Source: Planctomycetota bacterium (lineage in GTDB: Bacteria; Planctomycetota; B15-G4). Taken from it: a DNA stretch of 64,000 bases. Below are positions 10,149-19,200 of the stretch, piece by piece (position 1 is the first letter of the stretch; the number at the start of each line of letters is the position of its first letter). Location: assembly GCA_020638905.1 (NCBI GenBank), contig JACKHP010000009.1, positions 101,956 through 165,955 on the forward strand, in the 5' to 3' direction. The notes beneath the pieces were generated by a model, which was not told the origin of the DNA, searched no databases, and worked only from the letters and a program-made list of their open reading frames with translations. The position numbers and the translations under genes were made by a program.

Positions 10149-10185
10149 ATCGAGGCTGCCGATGTCGCTGATAGGCGACGCCTAT
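10149..10185. promoter_or_regulatory. Putative OxyR operator upstream of ahpC
   Basis: ATCG-N7-CGAT-N7-ATAG-N7-CTAT matches the spacing of the OxyR tetrad consensus ATAG-N7-CTAT-N7-ATAG-N7-CTAT. It includes the perfect palindrome GATAGGCG-A-CGCCTATC and lies 89-125 nt upstream of the ahpC start. Confidence 0.5.
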
Positions 10186-10298
10186 CGGGGCGCGGATCGC
10201 CGCGTGGGCACCGATCGGCGACGTCCCCGCGCTCGCGAGCCGTCAAGTGCGCGACACGCGCGGCCGCGGGGCAGGCGGCGGCCGCACGCTCGCGTGCG

Positions 10299-10736
10299 TC
10301 AGCCGAGCATCCTGCCGAGCAGCGGCAGCTCACGCCGATGGACGAACGCCGCGAAGCCCGCGCAGAGCAGCGTCACCACGGCCAGCGTGAAGAGCGTCCC
10401 GCCGTCGCCCTGCACCTCGATGCCGAGCGGACCGAGGTGGCTCGCGATCGCGCCGAGCATGAGTCCGACGGCGACGAGCGCGCCCGCGGCGCGCGTGGCG
10501 GGGACGAGCAGCGCGATCGCCGTGAGCAGCTCGACGACGCCGAGCGCGAGACGTCCCCAGGGCTCGACGCCCAGGGTGGTGAAGATGAAGACCGCCTCGG
10601 GCGCGCCGCTGAACTTGAAGAACAGCGTCTGGCCGAGGATGCCCGCCGCCACGAGGCGAGCCACGAACGCGGCGCGCGCGGCGGCGACGGACTGCGTGGC
10701 GCGGGCGCCGGACGCGGTGCGATCGGTCTGCGGCAT
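10299..10736 (-). CDS. DoxX family membrane protein
   Basis: 145 aa with four hydrophobic helices and a DoxX-like sequence (GQTLFFKFSGAPEAVFIFTTLGVEPWGR). AAGGA lies 9 nt upstream of the ATG. Confidence 0.75.
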   Translation of the reverse strand: MPQTDRTASGARATQSVAAARAAFVARLVAAGILGQTLFFKFSGAPEAVFIFTTLGVEPWGRLALGVVELLTAIALLVPATRAAGALVAVGLMLGAIASHLGPLGIEVQGDGGTLFTLAVVTLLCAGFAAFVHRRELPLLGRMLG

Positions 10737-10836
10737 GGAAGGTGTCCTTCGGCGAGGGCGGGTGCGCGGGCGTGGATGTCGCGGACCGGCGCGATGTTGC
10801 GGCGAATTCCGGACCCGTCCTGCGCGTGGCCGTGCG

Positions 10837-11748
10837 CTACAGCCGCGGGACGTGCCGTTTCAGCGTCTCGCCGAGGAGCGCGAACTCCTCGCCGCGCGGC
10901 GAGCTCCTGCGCCACGCGAGGCCGATCGTGCGTCCCGGCGCCGGCGCGCGGAACGGGACCACGGCCAGGCCGAGTCCCGCGCGCACCTCGACCTCGATGG
11001 CGAGCGACGGCAGGAGCGTGATGCCGAGTCCGGCGGCCACCATCTGCACCAGCGTCGAGAGGCTCGTGGCGCGCACGTCGGCCTCCTCGGCGCGTCCGGC
11101 CTGGGCGCACACGGCGCGTGTCTGCTCGCCCAGGCAGTGACCCTCCTCGAGCAGCAGCACCACGTCGTCGAGGAGATCGTCGGGCACCACGTCGTCGCGC
11201 GCGACGAGCGGATGATCGTGCCGCGCCGCGAGCACGAACGGATCGTGCACGAGGGCGTACGTCTCGACGTCCCCGAGGTCGGCCTCGAGCGCGAGCAGCA
11301 GCACGTCGAGCTCGCCGGCGCGCAGCGTCTCGCACAGGCGCGCCGTCTGCTCCTCGCGCAGCAGCACGCGCAGTTCGGGATGCGCCTGCCGCAGCGGCGG
11401 CAGCACGTGCGGCAGCAGGTACGGCGCCACGGTGGGGATCACGCCCACGCGCAACGTGCCGGTCAGCGGACGGCTGTGCGTGTGCGCCGCGGCCAGCAGC
11501 TCGTCGACGTCACGCAGGATCGAGCGCGCGCGCTCGACGAGGTCGTGGCCGGCGGCGGTCACGCGCACGTGCCGCTTGTCGCGCTCGAGCAACGTCACCC
11601 CGAGTCCCGCCTCGAGCTGCTGGATCTGCGCCGAGAGCGCCGGCTGCGTCACGTGGCAGGCCTCGGCCGCCTCGCGGAAGTTCAGCGTGCGCGCCACGGC
11701 CACGAGGTACTCGAGCTGCCGCAGCGTGGGCTGGACGAGCGTCGTCAT
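10837..11748 (-). CDS. oxyR: LysR-family transcriptional regulator, OxyR-like
   Basis: N-terminal HTH LRQLEYLVAVARTLNFREAAEACHVTQPALSAQIQQLE. The redox Cys pair context is EEGHCLGEQTRAVCAQAG. It is clustered with ahpCD. Start taken at MTTLVQ (ATG 11748). Confidence 0.8.
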   Translation of the reverse strand: MTTLVQPTLRQLEYLVAVARTLNFREAAEACHVTQPALSAQIQQLEAGLGVTLLERDKRHVRVTAAGHDLVERARSILRDVDELLAAAHTHSRPLTGTLRVGVIPTVAPYLLPHVLPPLRQAHPELRVLLREEQTARLCETLRAGELDVLLLALEADLGDVETYALVHDPFVLAARHDHPLVARDDVVPDDLLDDVVLLLEEGHCLGEQTRAVCAQAGRAEEADVRATSLSTLVQMVAAGLGITLLPSLAIEVEVRAGLGLAVVPFRAPAPGRTIGLAWRRSSPRGEEFALLGETLKRHVPRL

Positions 11749-11867
11749 GCGGGGACTCCACGGGACCAGGGACGTCGCTCGCGACGCGACGCCGGCCCGC
11801 GATGATCGCACGTCGACGCCAAGGAGCGCAGCGCCGACGTGCGCGCCGCGCGACCCGCCGTCGGGAA

Positions 11868-11888
11868 GGCATCCGATCGACGGATGCC
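11868..11888 (-). terminator. Hairpin downstream of sigma-fusion gene A (weak terminator candidate)
   Basis: Perfect 8-bp stem GGCATCCG/CGGATGCC with a 5-nt loop, 26 nt after the stop at 11914. Only UU follows on the RNA. Confidence 0.3.
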
Positions 11889-11913
11889 GACGCGCAGGCT
11901 ACGGGCCGTCCGC

Positions 11914-14900
11914 TCAGCGCACCTCCCACGGCGAACGCCTCGTCCGAGCGCCCGTCCGGCCCGCGTCCCGCACCGGATCGCGCAGGTGGAGCACGACGAA
12001 GCGCTCCTCGTCGGGAGCCAGCTCGAGCTCGCTCTGCGCGCTCGGCAGCCGGTCGTCGGCGCGCACCGTGATCCGGCCCGCCGCGATGCCCGCGAACTGC
12101 ACGATCCCCAACACGTCGGTCGAGCCCGACGCCACCGAGAGCGGGTGCGGCGCGGAAGCCCCGCGCGCCGCGGCGGCGTGCTCGTCCTCGGAGGTCGGCC
12201 CCGCATCGTCCCCATCGGGACGCGCGGTCGTGACCCACACGCGCGCGCCCACCGCGGGCGTGCCGTCGGGACGGAACACGCGCACCTTGATGCGGCCCGA
12301 GTACGGCACGTCGACGCGCACCGGGCCGGGCGCCGGCACCGGGGTGTGCTGCTCGACACGCGGCCCGTCCGGCAGCGTCGTCCACAGCGTCGCCTCGCCC
12401 GCGGGCAGCGCGGCGAAGCGCGCGATGCCCGTCGGGCCCACGTCGAGCGCGCCGTCGAACGACGCGTGGCGGCCGTCGGGCGCGAGCCCGTCGTTCAGGA
12501 TCAGGTCGATGCGGCTGCCCGGCGGTGCGTCGACCTCGAGCGTCTCGCGTCCGAGCGCGAAGACGCCGTCCCAGCGCTCGACGCCGCGCAGATCGTCGGT
12601 GAGCGGCGTCGCCCAGCGGCAGCGCCCCTTGCGCACGGTGAAGTGGGGCGCGCCGAGGACGACCATGGCGGGGGAGGGCAGCACGATCAGGAAGCGTCCG
12701 TCGGCGTCGAGGCGCGCGGCATGCCCCAGGAGCTGCGCGTTCGCGCCGGCGAGCTCGACACCGGGCAGCTCGATGCGTCCCGTGTAGAGCGCGCCGCGCG
12801 TGAGCTCGGGGCGCAGGTCGACGAACACGGTGCGTCCGGCCACGACGTCGACCTCCGTGAGCGGCTCGGGACGTCGCTCGAAGCCGACGTACTGCACGAG
12901 CTCGTAGTGCCCGGGGCGCAGGCGCGGCCACGTGGTGACGGGCGCTCGCACCGACGCCACGACCGCGGGATGTCCGGCGCCGGGCGCGCGCGCGCCGATG
13001 GATCCGAGGTAGTCGTCGGGCAGGCCGAGCTGGAGCACGCCGTCGGGTTCCAGGACGTGCTCGAGCTCGAGGCGCTCGGCGTCGCGCAGCACGAGGTCGT
13101 CGCGGCGGTCGAAGCACAGTCCGTCGGCCTCGACCTCGACGCGGTACGCGGCCGGCGAGAGTCCGGCGACGAGGTAGCGTCCGTCGGCGTCGGTGAGCGC
13201 GCGCCGCCACAGGTCGGGATGCCCGAGATCACGCAGCGGCGACGTGGACGCACGCCACACGGCGGTGCCCTCGATGCGCTGTCCCTCCTCGAGGTTCACG
13301 TTGTCGGGCACCGGCAGGACGAGCACGCGCGCACCCTCGATCGGAGCGCCGGCCGCGTCGAGCACCCGTCCCGCGATCGACGCGCCCGCGACCACCGGCA
13401 GCTCGAGCGTCGTCGTGCGTCCCGCGGCGATCTCGCACGTCACGGGCCCGGGCGCGGACGTCGCCTGCGTGCCCCACAAGTACGGCGGACGCTCGAGACG
13501 CAGCCCGCGCTCGTCGTCGAGCTCGAGGCTGTACGTTCCCGCGGGCAGGCCGTCGAGTGCGAAGGTCAGGCCGTCGACGGTCGCGTCGAGCGCGAAGCCC
13601 GCCGCGCTCCCGTACGGCGCGTGCGAGCTGCGTGCGTGGACGCGCAGCCGGAACGTCCCCTCGCCGAGGGCCCCACTCGGGACGAACCGGCCCGCGAGGT
13701 TGCCCGGGCGGTCGACGACCACGCGGCTGCCCGTGGGCGCTCCGAAGCCGTCGTGCGCGGGTTTCGCCTGCCCCACGCGTCCGTCGTCGGTGTGCGCCAC
13801 GACGAGCAGGCTGCCACCCGTGCGCAGCGAGAACGGCGTGCGCGTCACGCCCTGCGCGTTCGTGCGCGCCGACCAGGGCGGCGCGTCGTCGAGCCCCGGC
13901 GCGCCGTCGCCGCCGTCCCAGCCGAAGACGAGCACGAGTGCGTCGGCCACCGGCGCGTCGGACGGATCGACCACGCGTACCGTGAACTGCGGGAGTGCGG
14001 CCGGCTCGGCGAGTTCGACGACGACGGGCTCGGTCGCGCCGGCGAGCGTGCGCGTGCTGCCGCTCAACGCGCCGGCCGCGGCGGTGAACGTCCAGGCGCC
14101 GTCGGGCAGCGCGGCGAACGCGAAGCGTCCCGCTTCGTCGCTGGACGTGCCGGGCGGGGCTGCGCGATCGTCGTCGAGTTCGTAGCGCCGCGGCAGCGGC
14201 CCAACGTCGGGTCGCGCCTCGACGCGCGCGCCGGGCACGGGACGTCCGTCGGGGTCGAGCACGAGTCCGTGCAGCGTGGACGAGGCGCGCTGCGCCGGGT
14301 AGACGATGCGTCCGTCGGTGCTCGGCGGGGGGGCGGCGGGCTGCGCCTCGGGGAGTGCGAGCGGCGTGACGTCGGACGCGCGCGGGGCGCCGGGCGCCGG
14401 CAGCGCGTGCGTCGGCTCGGCGCGCGCGAGCGACGCGTCGAGCGTCGGCGCACCGTCGGACGTCCACGGGTCGAGCACGAGCAGCACCGCCACGAGCGTC
14501 GCGGCCACGCCGATCAGCGGCGCGAGCAACGCCGCCCGCGCCGCCACCGCCACGGGACGCAGGCCGACTGCCGGCGCGAGCGCGGCGACCCAGCGCTCGC
14601 GTCCGCCGGTGCGGGTGTCGAGCCGTTCGCGCACGCGCTCGAGTCCGCGCATCGAACGTGTGCGCACGGTCGCGTCGGGGATGCCCAGCCGGCGCGCGAT
14701 CTGGCGCGGCGCGAGTCCGTCCCAGAAGCGCAGCAGCAGCACCTCGCGCTGGGGCTCGGGCAGCGCGAGCACGGCCTCGACGACGTGCCGACGCAGTTCC
14801 TCGCGGCGAGCCACGATCTCGGGCGACGTCGCGTCGGACGACTCGCCGCGCGCCACGGCGCGTTCGCGCGCGTCACGGCGCCGCTCGCCGCGCCGGCGAT

Positions 14901-15105
14901 TGCTCGCGAGGCGGCGCACGACGCGCGCCATCCAGCGCGCGCGGGCGGACGGGTCGTCGGGCGGATCGGCGCGTCGCGCGGCGAGCCAGGCGTCCTGGGT
15001 CACGTCGTCGGCGGCGTGCTCGTCGCCGAGCAGCGCGACGGCCAGCCGGCGCAGGCGCGGCAGGTCGGAGAGCAGCGATTCGGGATCGGTCGCGTGGATG
15101 TCCAT
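11914..15105 (-). CDS. ECF sigma factor fused to a TM helix and about 830 aa of CarboxypepD_reg-like repeats (fusion A)
   Basis: Uninterrupted 1063-aa ORF. Sigma region 2 (DAWLAARR...RWMARVVRRLASNRRR) and the region 4 HTH (LPEPQREVLLLRFWDGLAPRQIARRLGIPDATVRTRSMRGLERVRERL) are followed by the hydrophobic helix LLAPLIGVAATLVAVLLVL. Repeated GxVxDxxGxPxxGAxV...TDADGRY modules come after that. Confidence 0.85.
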   Translation of the reverse strand: MDIHATDPESLLSDLPRLRRLAVALLGDEHAADDVTQDAWLAARRADPPDDPSARARWMARVVRRLASNRRRGERRRDARERAVARGESSDATSPEIVARREELRRHVVEAVLALPEPQREVLLLRFWDGLAPRQIARRLGIPDATVRTRSMRGLERVRERLDTRTGGRERWVAALAPAVGLRPVAVAARAALLAPLIGVAATLVAVLLVLDPWTSDGAPTLDASLARAEPTHALPAPGAPRASDVTPLALPEAQPAAPPPSTDGRIVYPAQRASSTLHGLVLDPDGRPVPGARVEARPDVGPLPRRYELDDDRAAPPGTSSDEAGRFAFAALPDGAWTFTAAAGALSGSTRTLAGATEPVVVELAEPAALPQFTVRVVDPSDAPVADALVLVFGWDGGDGAPGLDDAPPWSARTNAQGVTRTPFSLRTGGSLLVVAHTDDGRVGQAKPAHDGFGAPTGSRVVVDRPGNLAGRFVPSGALGEGTFRLRVHARSSHAPYGSAAGFALDATVDGLTFALDGLPAGTYSLELDDERGLRLERPPYLWGTQATSAPGPVTCEIAAGRTTTLELPVVAGASIAGRVLDAAGAPIEGARVLVLPVPDNVNLEEGQRIEGTAVWRASTSPLRDLGHPDLWRRALTDADGRYLVAGLSPAAYRVEVEADGLCFDRRDDLVLRDAERLELEHVLEPDGVLQLGLPDDYLGSIGARAPGAGHPAVVASVRAPVTTWPRLRPGHYELVQYVGFERRPEPLTEVDVVAGRTVFVDLRPELTRGALYTGRIELPGVELAGANAQLLGHAARLDADGRFLIVLPSPAMVVLGAPHFTVRKGRCRWATPLTDDLRGVERWDGVFALGRETLEVDAPPGSRIDLILNDGLAPDGRHASFDGALDVGPTGIARFAALPAGEATLWTTLPDGPRVEQHTPVPAPGPVRVDVPYSGRIKVRVFRPDGTPAVGARVWVTTARPDGDDAGPTSEDEHAAAARGASAPHPLSVASGSTDVLGIVQFAGIAAGRITVRADDRLPSAQSELELAPDEERFVVLHLRDPVRDAGRTGARTRRSPWEVR

Positions 15106-15198
15106 GCCTGCCCATCACCGCGGAGGCGTCCGGCGTTCCCCGATCATCGCAGAAAGCTGGGCAACGACCCGCCCGGCGTGGGAGACTGCGCGGTCCCG

Positions 15199-16170
15199 AT
15201 GGACGCCGAGACCCACGACCTGCCGCACGACGACGGACAGCCGCCGGCGCTCTCGTTGCCGGCCTTCGCGCTCGTGCTGGGCGTCGTGCTGGCGGTCTTC
15301 TTCCTGCTCAACCCGCTCTGGGAGCGGCCCGACATCGAGGCCGTCGACAGCAACATCTGGATGAGCTACGCGCCCATCCCGCTGCTCGTCGCGCTGGCGC
15401 TGGCCGTCGAGCACAAGCTGCGGCGCGCGTCGTGGTTCCTCGAGACGCTGAAGGTCACGCTGGCCAAGTTCGGCGTCACGTACCTCGTGGCGAACCTGGT
15501 CTGGTTCGTGGACGGCCCGCCGCCGGCGAAGCCCGAGACGCTCGACCTCGCGCCGGTCGGCGCGTTCGCGAGCGAGGCGCCCGACGGGACGACCGCGCCG
15601 CGCGCCACGGCGATCGACCCCGCGCAGACCGGACGCGTCGCCGGCGAGGTGCGCGACGCCCACGGCGAACCCGTGCCCGACGCCCTCGTGTGGATCTCGT
15701 CAGGTCTGAAGCGCTTCGTGTTCGACGCGCCCGACGGGCCGGCGCTGCTGCACCACGACGGCGACGGCTACGCGCCGCGGCTCGTGGTCGTCCGGACGCG
15801 GCAGGACTTCGTGCTGCGCTCGGCGCCCGACGCGCTGCACACCGCCGAGCTCGTCGACGGCGCGGGACGCCTCGTGGGCAACGTCCCGGCGCTGGCGGGC
15901 GGCGAGCACCACATGACGTTCGCGCGCGAGCTGGGCCTGGTGAGCGTGCGCTGCCGCGTGGGACCGCATGCCGAGGATCCCGTGCACCTGCTCGTGATCG
16001 CGCACCCGTTCGCCACGCGCAGCGACGCGCGCGGCGCGTTCGCGTTCGACGGCGTCCCCGCGGGCGAGCTCGAGCTGAGCGCGTGGACGGAGACGCGCGG
16101 CGCGCTCGCGCGTCCCGTCGCGCTCGCGCCGCGCGGCGACGCCCGCGTCGAGCTCGCGTTCGACGACTGA
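15199..16170 (+). CDS. Membrane protein with C-terminal cupredoxin-like/CarboxypepD_reg-like domains
   Basis: Terminal 323 aa of ORF 11839..16170. Only this part is protein-like; the rest is antisense to fusion A. It has three N-terminal hydrophobic helices, then GRVAGEVRDAHGEPVPDALVWI and ...VSVRCRVGPHAEDPVHLLV...ARGAFAFDGVPAGELELSAW. Confidence 0.6.
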   Translation: MDAETHDLPHDDGQPPALSLPAFALVLGVVLAVFFLLNPLWERPDIEAVDSNIWMSYAPIPLLVALALAVEHKLRRASWFLETLKVTLAKFGVTYLVANLVWFVDGPPPAKPETLDLAPVGAFASEAPDGTTAPRATAIDPAQTGRVAGEVRDAHGEPVPDALVWISSGLKRFVFDAPDGPALLHHDGDGYAPRLVVVRTRQDFVLRSAPDALHTAELVDGAGRLVGNVPALAGGEHHMTFARELGLVSVRCRVGPHAEDPVHLLVIAHPFATRSDARGAFAFDGVPAGELELSAWTETRGALARPVALAPRGDARVELAFDD

Positions 16171-16229
16171 CGCGCGTCCGGCGTGCGTGACGCGTGCCGC
16201 GCGCGACGAGCTTCCGGCCCGCGCCGCCC

Positions 16230-19200
16230 TCAGGGCTTCTCGGGACGCAGCACGACGCGCTGCTCGACGCCGCGCCTCAGGTCGAGCGTGGTCTTCGCCC
16301 GCGCCCGGGCCGCGCGGGCCTCGATCGTGACGCGTCCCGCGGCGACGCGCGTGAGGCGCGCGATGCCGTAGACGTTCGTGAGCGCGGTGCGCGTCCCGAG
16401 GTCGTCGCCGGACGGATCGCGCTCGCCCGGACCGAGCGCATGCGTCGTGACGCTCACCTCCGCGCCCAGCACGGGCTGGTCGTCGGCGTCGACCACGCGT
16501 ACGACGAGGCGTCCCGACGGCAGTCGCGCCACGCGCACGGGACGCCCGGCGGGCACGCTCACGACGCGTCGCACCACGTGCCCGTCGGGGAACGTCGTGA
16601 CGAGTTCGCCGTGTCCCGCGGGCAGTCCGGCGAAGTCCACCCGTCCCGTGGCGTCGGCGCTGAGCGTGCCGTCGAAGTCGACCGCGCGGCCTTCGGACGT
16701 GACGCCGTCGTCGATGTGCAGGCGCACGTCGGCTCCGGCGTCGGTCTCGACGTCGAGCGTGTCGTCGCCGAGCAGGAACAGGCCGTCCCAGCGCGAGAGG
16801 CCGCGCAGGTCGTCGCCGACCTCGGTGCTCCACGTGCGGCGGCCCAGGCGCACGGACAGGCGCGGCGTGAAGCGCAGCTCCTCGATCGGTGCCGAGAGTG
16901 CGATGCGGAAGCGTCCCGCGGCGTCGAGGCGGGCCTCGCCGAGCAGACCGACACGAGCGTGCTCGAGTGCGACGCCCGGCAGCTCGACCTGCCCGCTCAG
17001 CAGGACGTCGCCCTCGAGCGCGTCGCGCAGGTCGAGGGACGTGGTCGCGCCGCGTGCGACCTCGATCTGCGCGAGCACGAGCGGGGTGGCCGCGCTGCTC
17101 AGGTGGCGCGTGACCTCGTAGCGTCCGGGACGCAGGCCGGGCAACGTGACCACGGGACCGCGCGCGAAGGCCGCCACGCAGGGACGCACGTCTCCCTCGC
17201 GCGTGAGCGTGATGCGCGTCGAGAGGTCGGCCGGCAGCACGAGCTGCAGCACGCCGTCGGGCTCCAGCGCGTGGACGAGCTCGACGCGCTCGCCGTCCAC
17301 GAGCACGACGCCGTCGCGGCGCTCGAACGAGAGTCCGTCGGCCTCGACCTCGACCCGATGTCGCAGCGGCGGCAGGCCGGCCAGCACGTAGCGTCCGTCG
17401 GCGTCGGTGGTCGTGCGCCGCCAGATCGCCGGGTGCAGTTCGCCGGGGACGGGCTCGTCGACGAGCGACCAGAGCGGCGTCCCCAGCAGGCTGCGCCCTT
17501 CGCCGAGCAGCTCGTCGTCGGGCACGGGCAGCGCGAGCACGCGTGCACCTCCGACGGGACGTCCGTCGGCGTCGCGCACGACGCCGGCGAGCGTCGCGCC
17601 CAGGCGCAGCGGCAGGTCGACCTGCGTGATCGCGCCGGCGCGCACGCCGATCCGCAGCGGCTCCACCGTGCCCGGGACGTCCTTGCGGCCTCGGCGGTAC
17701 GCGGGCAGGTCGAGGCGCGTGCCCTGCGGGTCGAGGTATTCGAGGCTGTACGTCCCGGCCGGCAGGTCGCTGCACGTGAACTGCAGACCGTCGAGGTGCG
17801 CGACGTAGCGACGTCCGACCGCGGGCTCGTAGGGTGCGTGGGACGTGAGCGCGAGCAGGGTCAGCGTGACGTCGCCGGGCACGACGCCGTCGGGCGGCAC
17901 GAGCCGTCCGGCGACGCGGCCGGGAGCGGCGACCACGACGCGCGCGCCCACCTGCGCGGTGCGCGTCGAGCCGGGCAGCGCGACGTCCATGCCCAGGCGT
18001 CCGTCGTCGGTGCGCGCTGTGACGAGCAGACGACCGCCGGTGCGCAGCGGCGTGAGGACCACGCCGTGCGCGTTCGTGCGCGCCACGAAGGGCGGCGTGT
18101 CGGCGAGTCCCGGACGGCACTCGCCGCCGTCGCAGCCGACGATCTCGACCTCGGCGTCGGGCTCCGGTCGCCCGGACGCGTCGACCACGCGCACCGCGAA
18201 CGGCGGCGCGTCGTCCGCCAGGGACAGCTCGACGACCACGGGCCCGGCGTCGTCGTCGGCCAGCGCGCGCAGGTGCCCGCTCGCGGAGCCGAGCGAGGCG
18301 AGCACGTCCCACGCACCGTCGGGCAGCGCCTCGAACGCGACGCGGCCGGCCGCGTCGGTGGACGTCGCGGCGAGCGCGGAGCGGTCGTCGTGCAGCGCGA
18401 GAGTCCGCGGTCGCGGGCCGAGCGCGGGTCGCAGCTCGACGCGGGCGCCGGGCGCGGGACGTCCGTCGGGGTCGAGCACCACGACGTCGAGCGTGTGCAG
18501 AGCGCGCCGGGCCGGGTACACGGGACCGGCGCGGTCGGGTGGCGCGGGCCGGGCCAGCGCCTCGGGCGGGACGAGCGCGTCGGGCGCGTTCGGCGTCCGC
18601 GGCGCGAGTCCGCCGGACGCGGGCTGCGGCGCGACCGCGAGCTCGTCGAGCGTCGGCCGCGGCGCATCGTGCGTCCACGGCGAGAGCAGGACGAGCACGA
18701 CGCCGAGCCCGCCGAGAGCGCCGAGTGCGGGCAGCGCGACGAGCGGACGCGTCCACCAGGCGCGCTTCAGCATGACGCCCGGCAGCAGCAACGCCGCCCA
18801 GCTCTCGCGTCCCTGCGAGGTGTCGAGGCGCTCGCGCACCCGATCGAGGCCGCGCTTGCAGCGCGAGCGCACCGTGGCCGCCGGAAGGTCGAGGTGCCGT
18901 GCGATGGTCTCGGACGACATGCCGTCCCAGAAGCGCATGAGCAGCACGTCGCGCTGCGCGTCGGGCAGCCCGAGCACGGCTTCGACCACGAGCCGGCGCA
19001 CCTCTTCGCGCCGCACGATGTCCGCGGGCGTGGTGACGGGGACGGCGCGTCCCGCGACCTCGACCTCGCGCGCCTCGCGCCGTCGCTCGGAGCGCAGGCG
19101 GTTGCTGGCCAGGTTGCGCACGATGGCGGCCAGCCAGCCCACGCGCGCGGCCGGCGTGCGCGGCGGCGCGGCGCGGCGTGACGCGATCCAGGCGTCGTGG

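Noticed and set aside
11839-15198. Upstream 1120 codons of ORF 11839..16170 (+)
   Set aside because: This part is antisense to sigma fusion A and Arg/Gly/Ala/Asp-rich. Only the last 323 codons, from ATG 15199, have hydrophobic helices and domain-like sequence.
15106-15198. GGAAC element upstream of fusion A as a classical ECF -35 box
   Set aside because: GGGGAACG is present on the coding strand, but no CGT-type -10 lies at 16-17 nt. The element would also lie only about 30 nt from the ATG, and it is not conserved upstream of fusion B.
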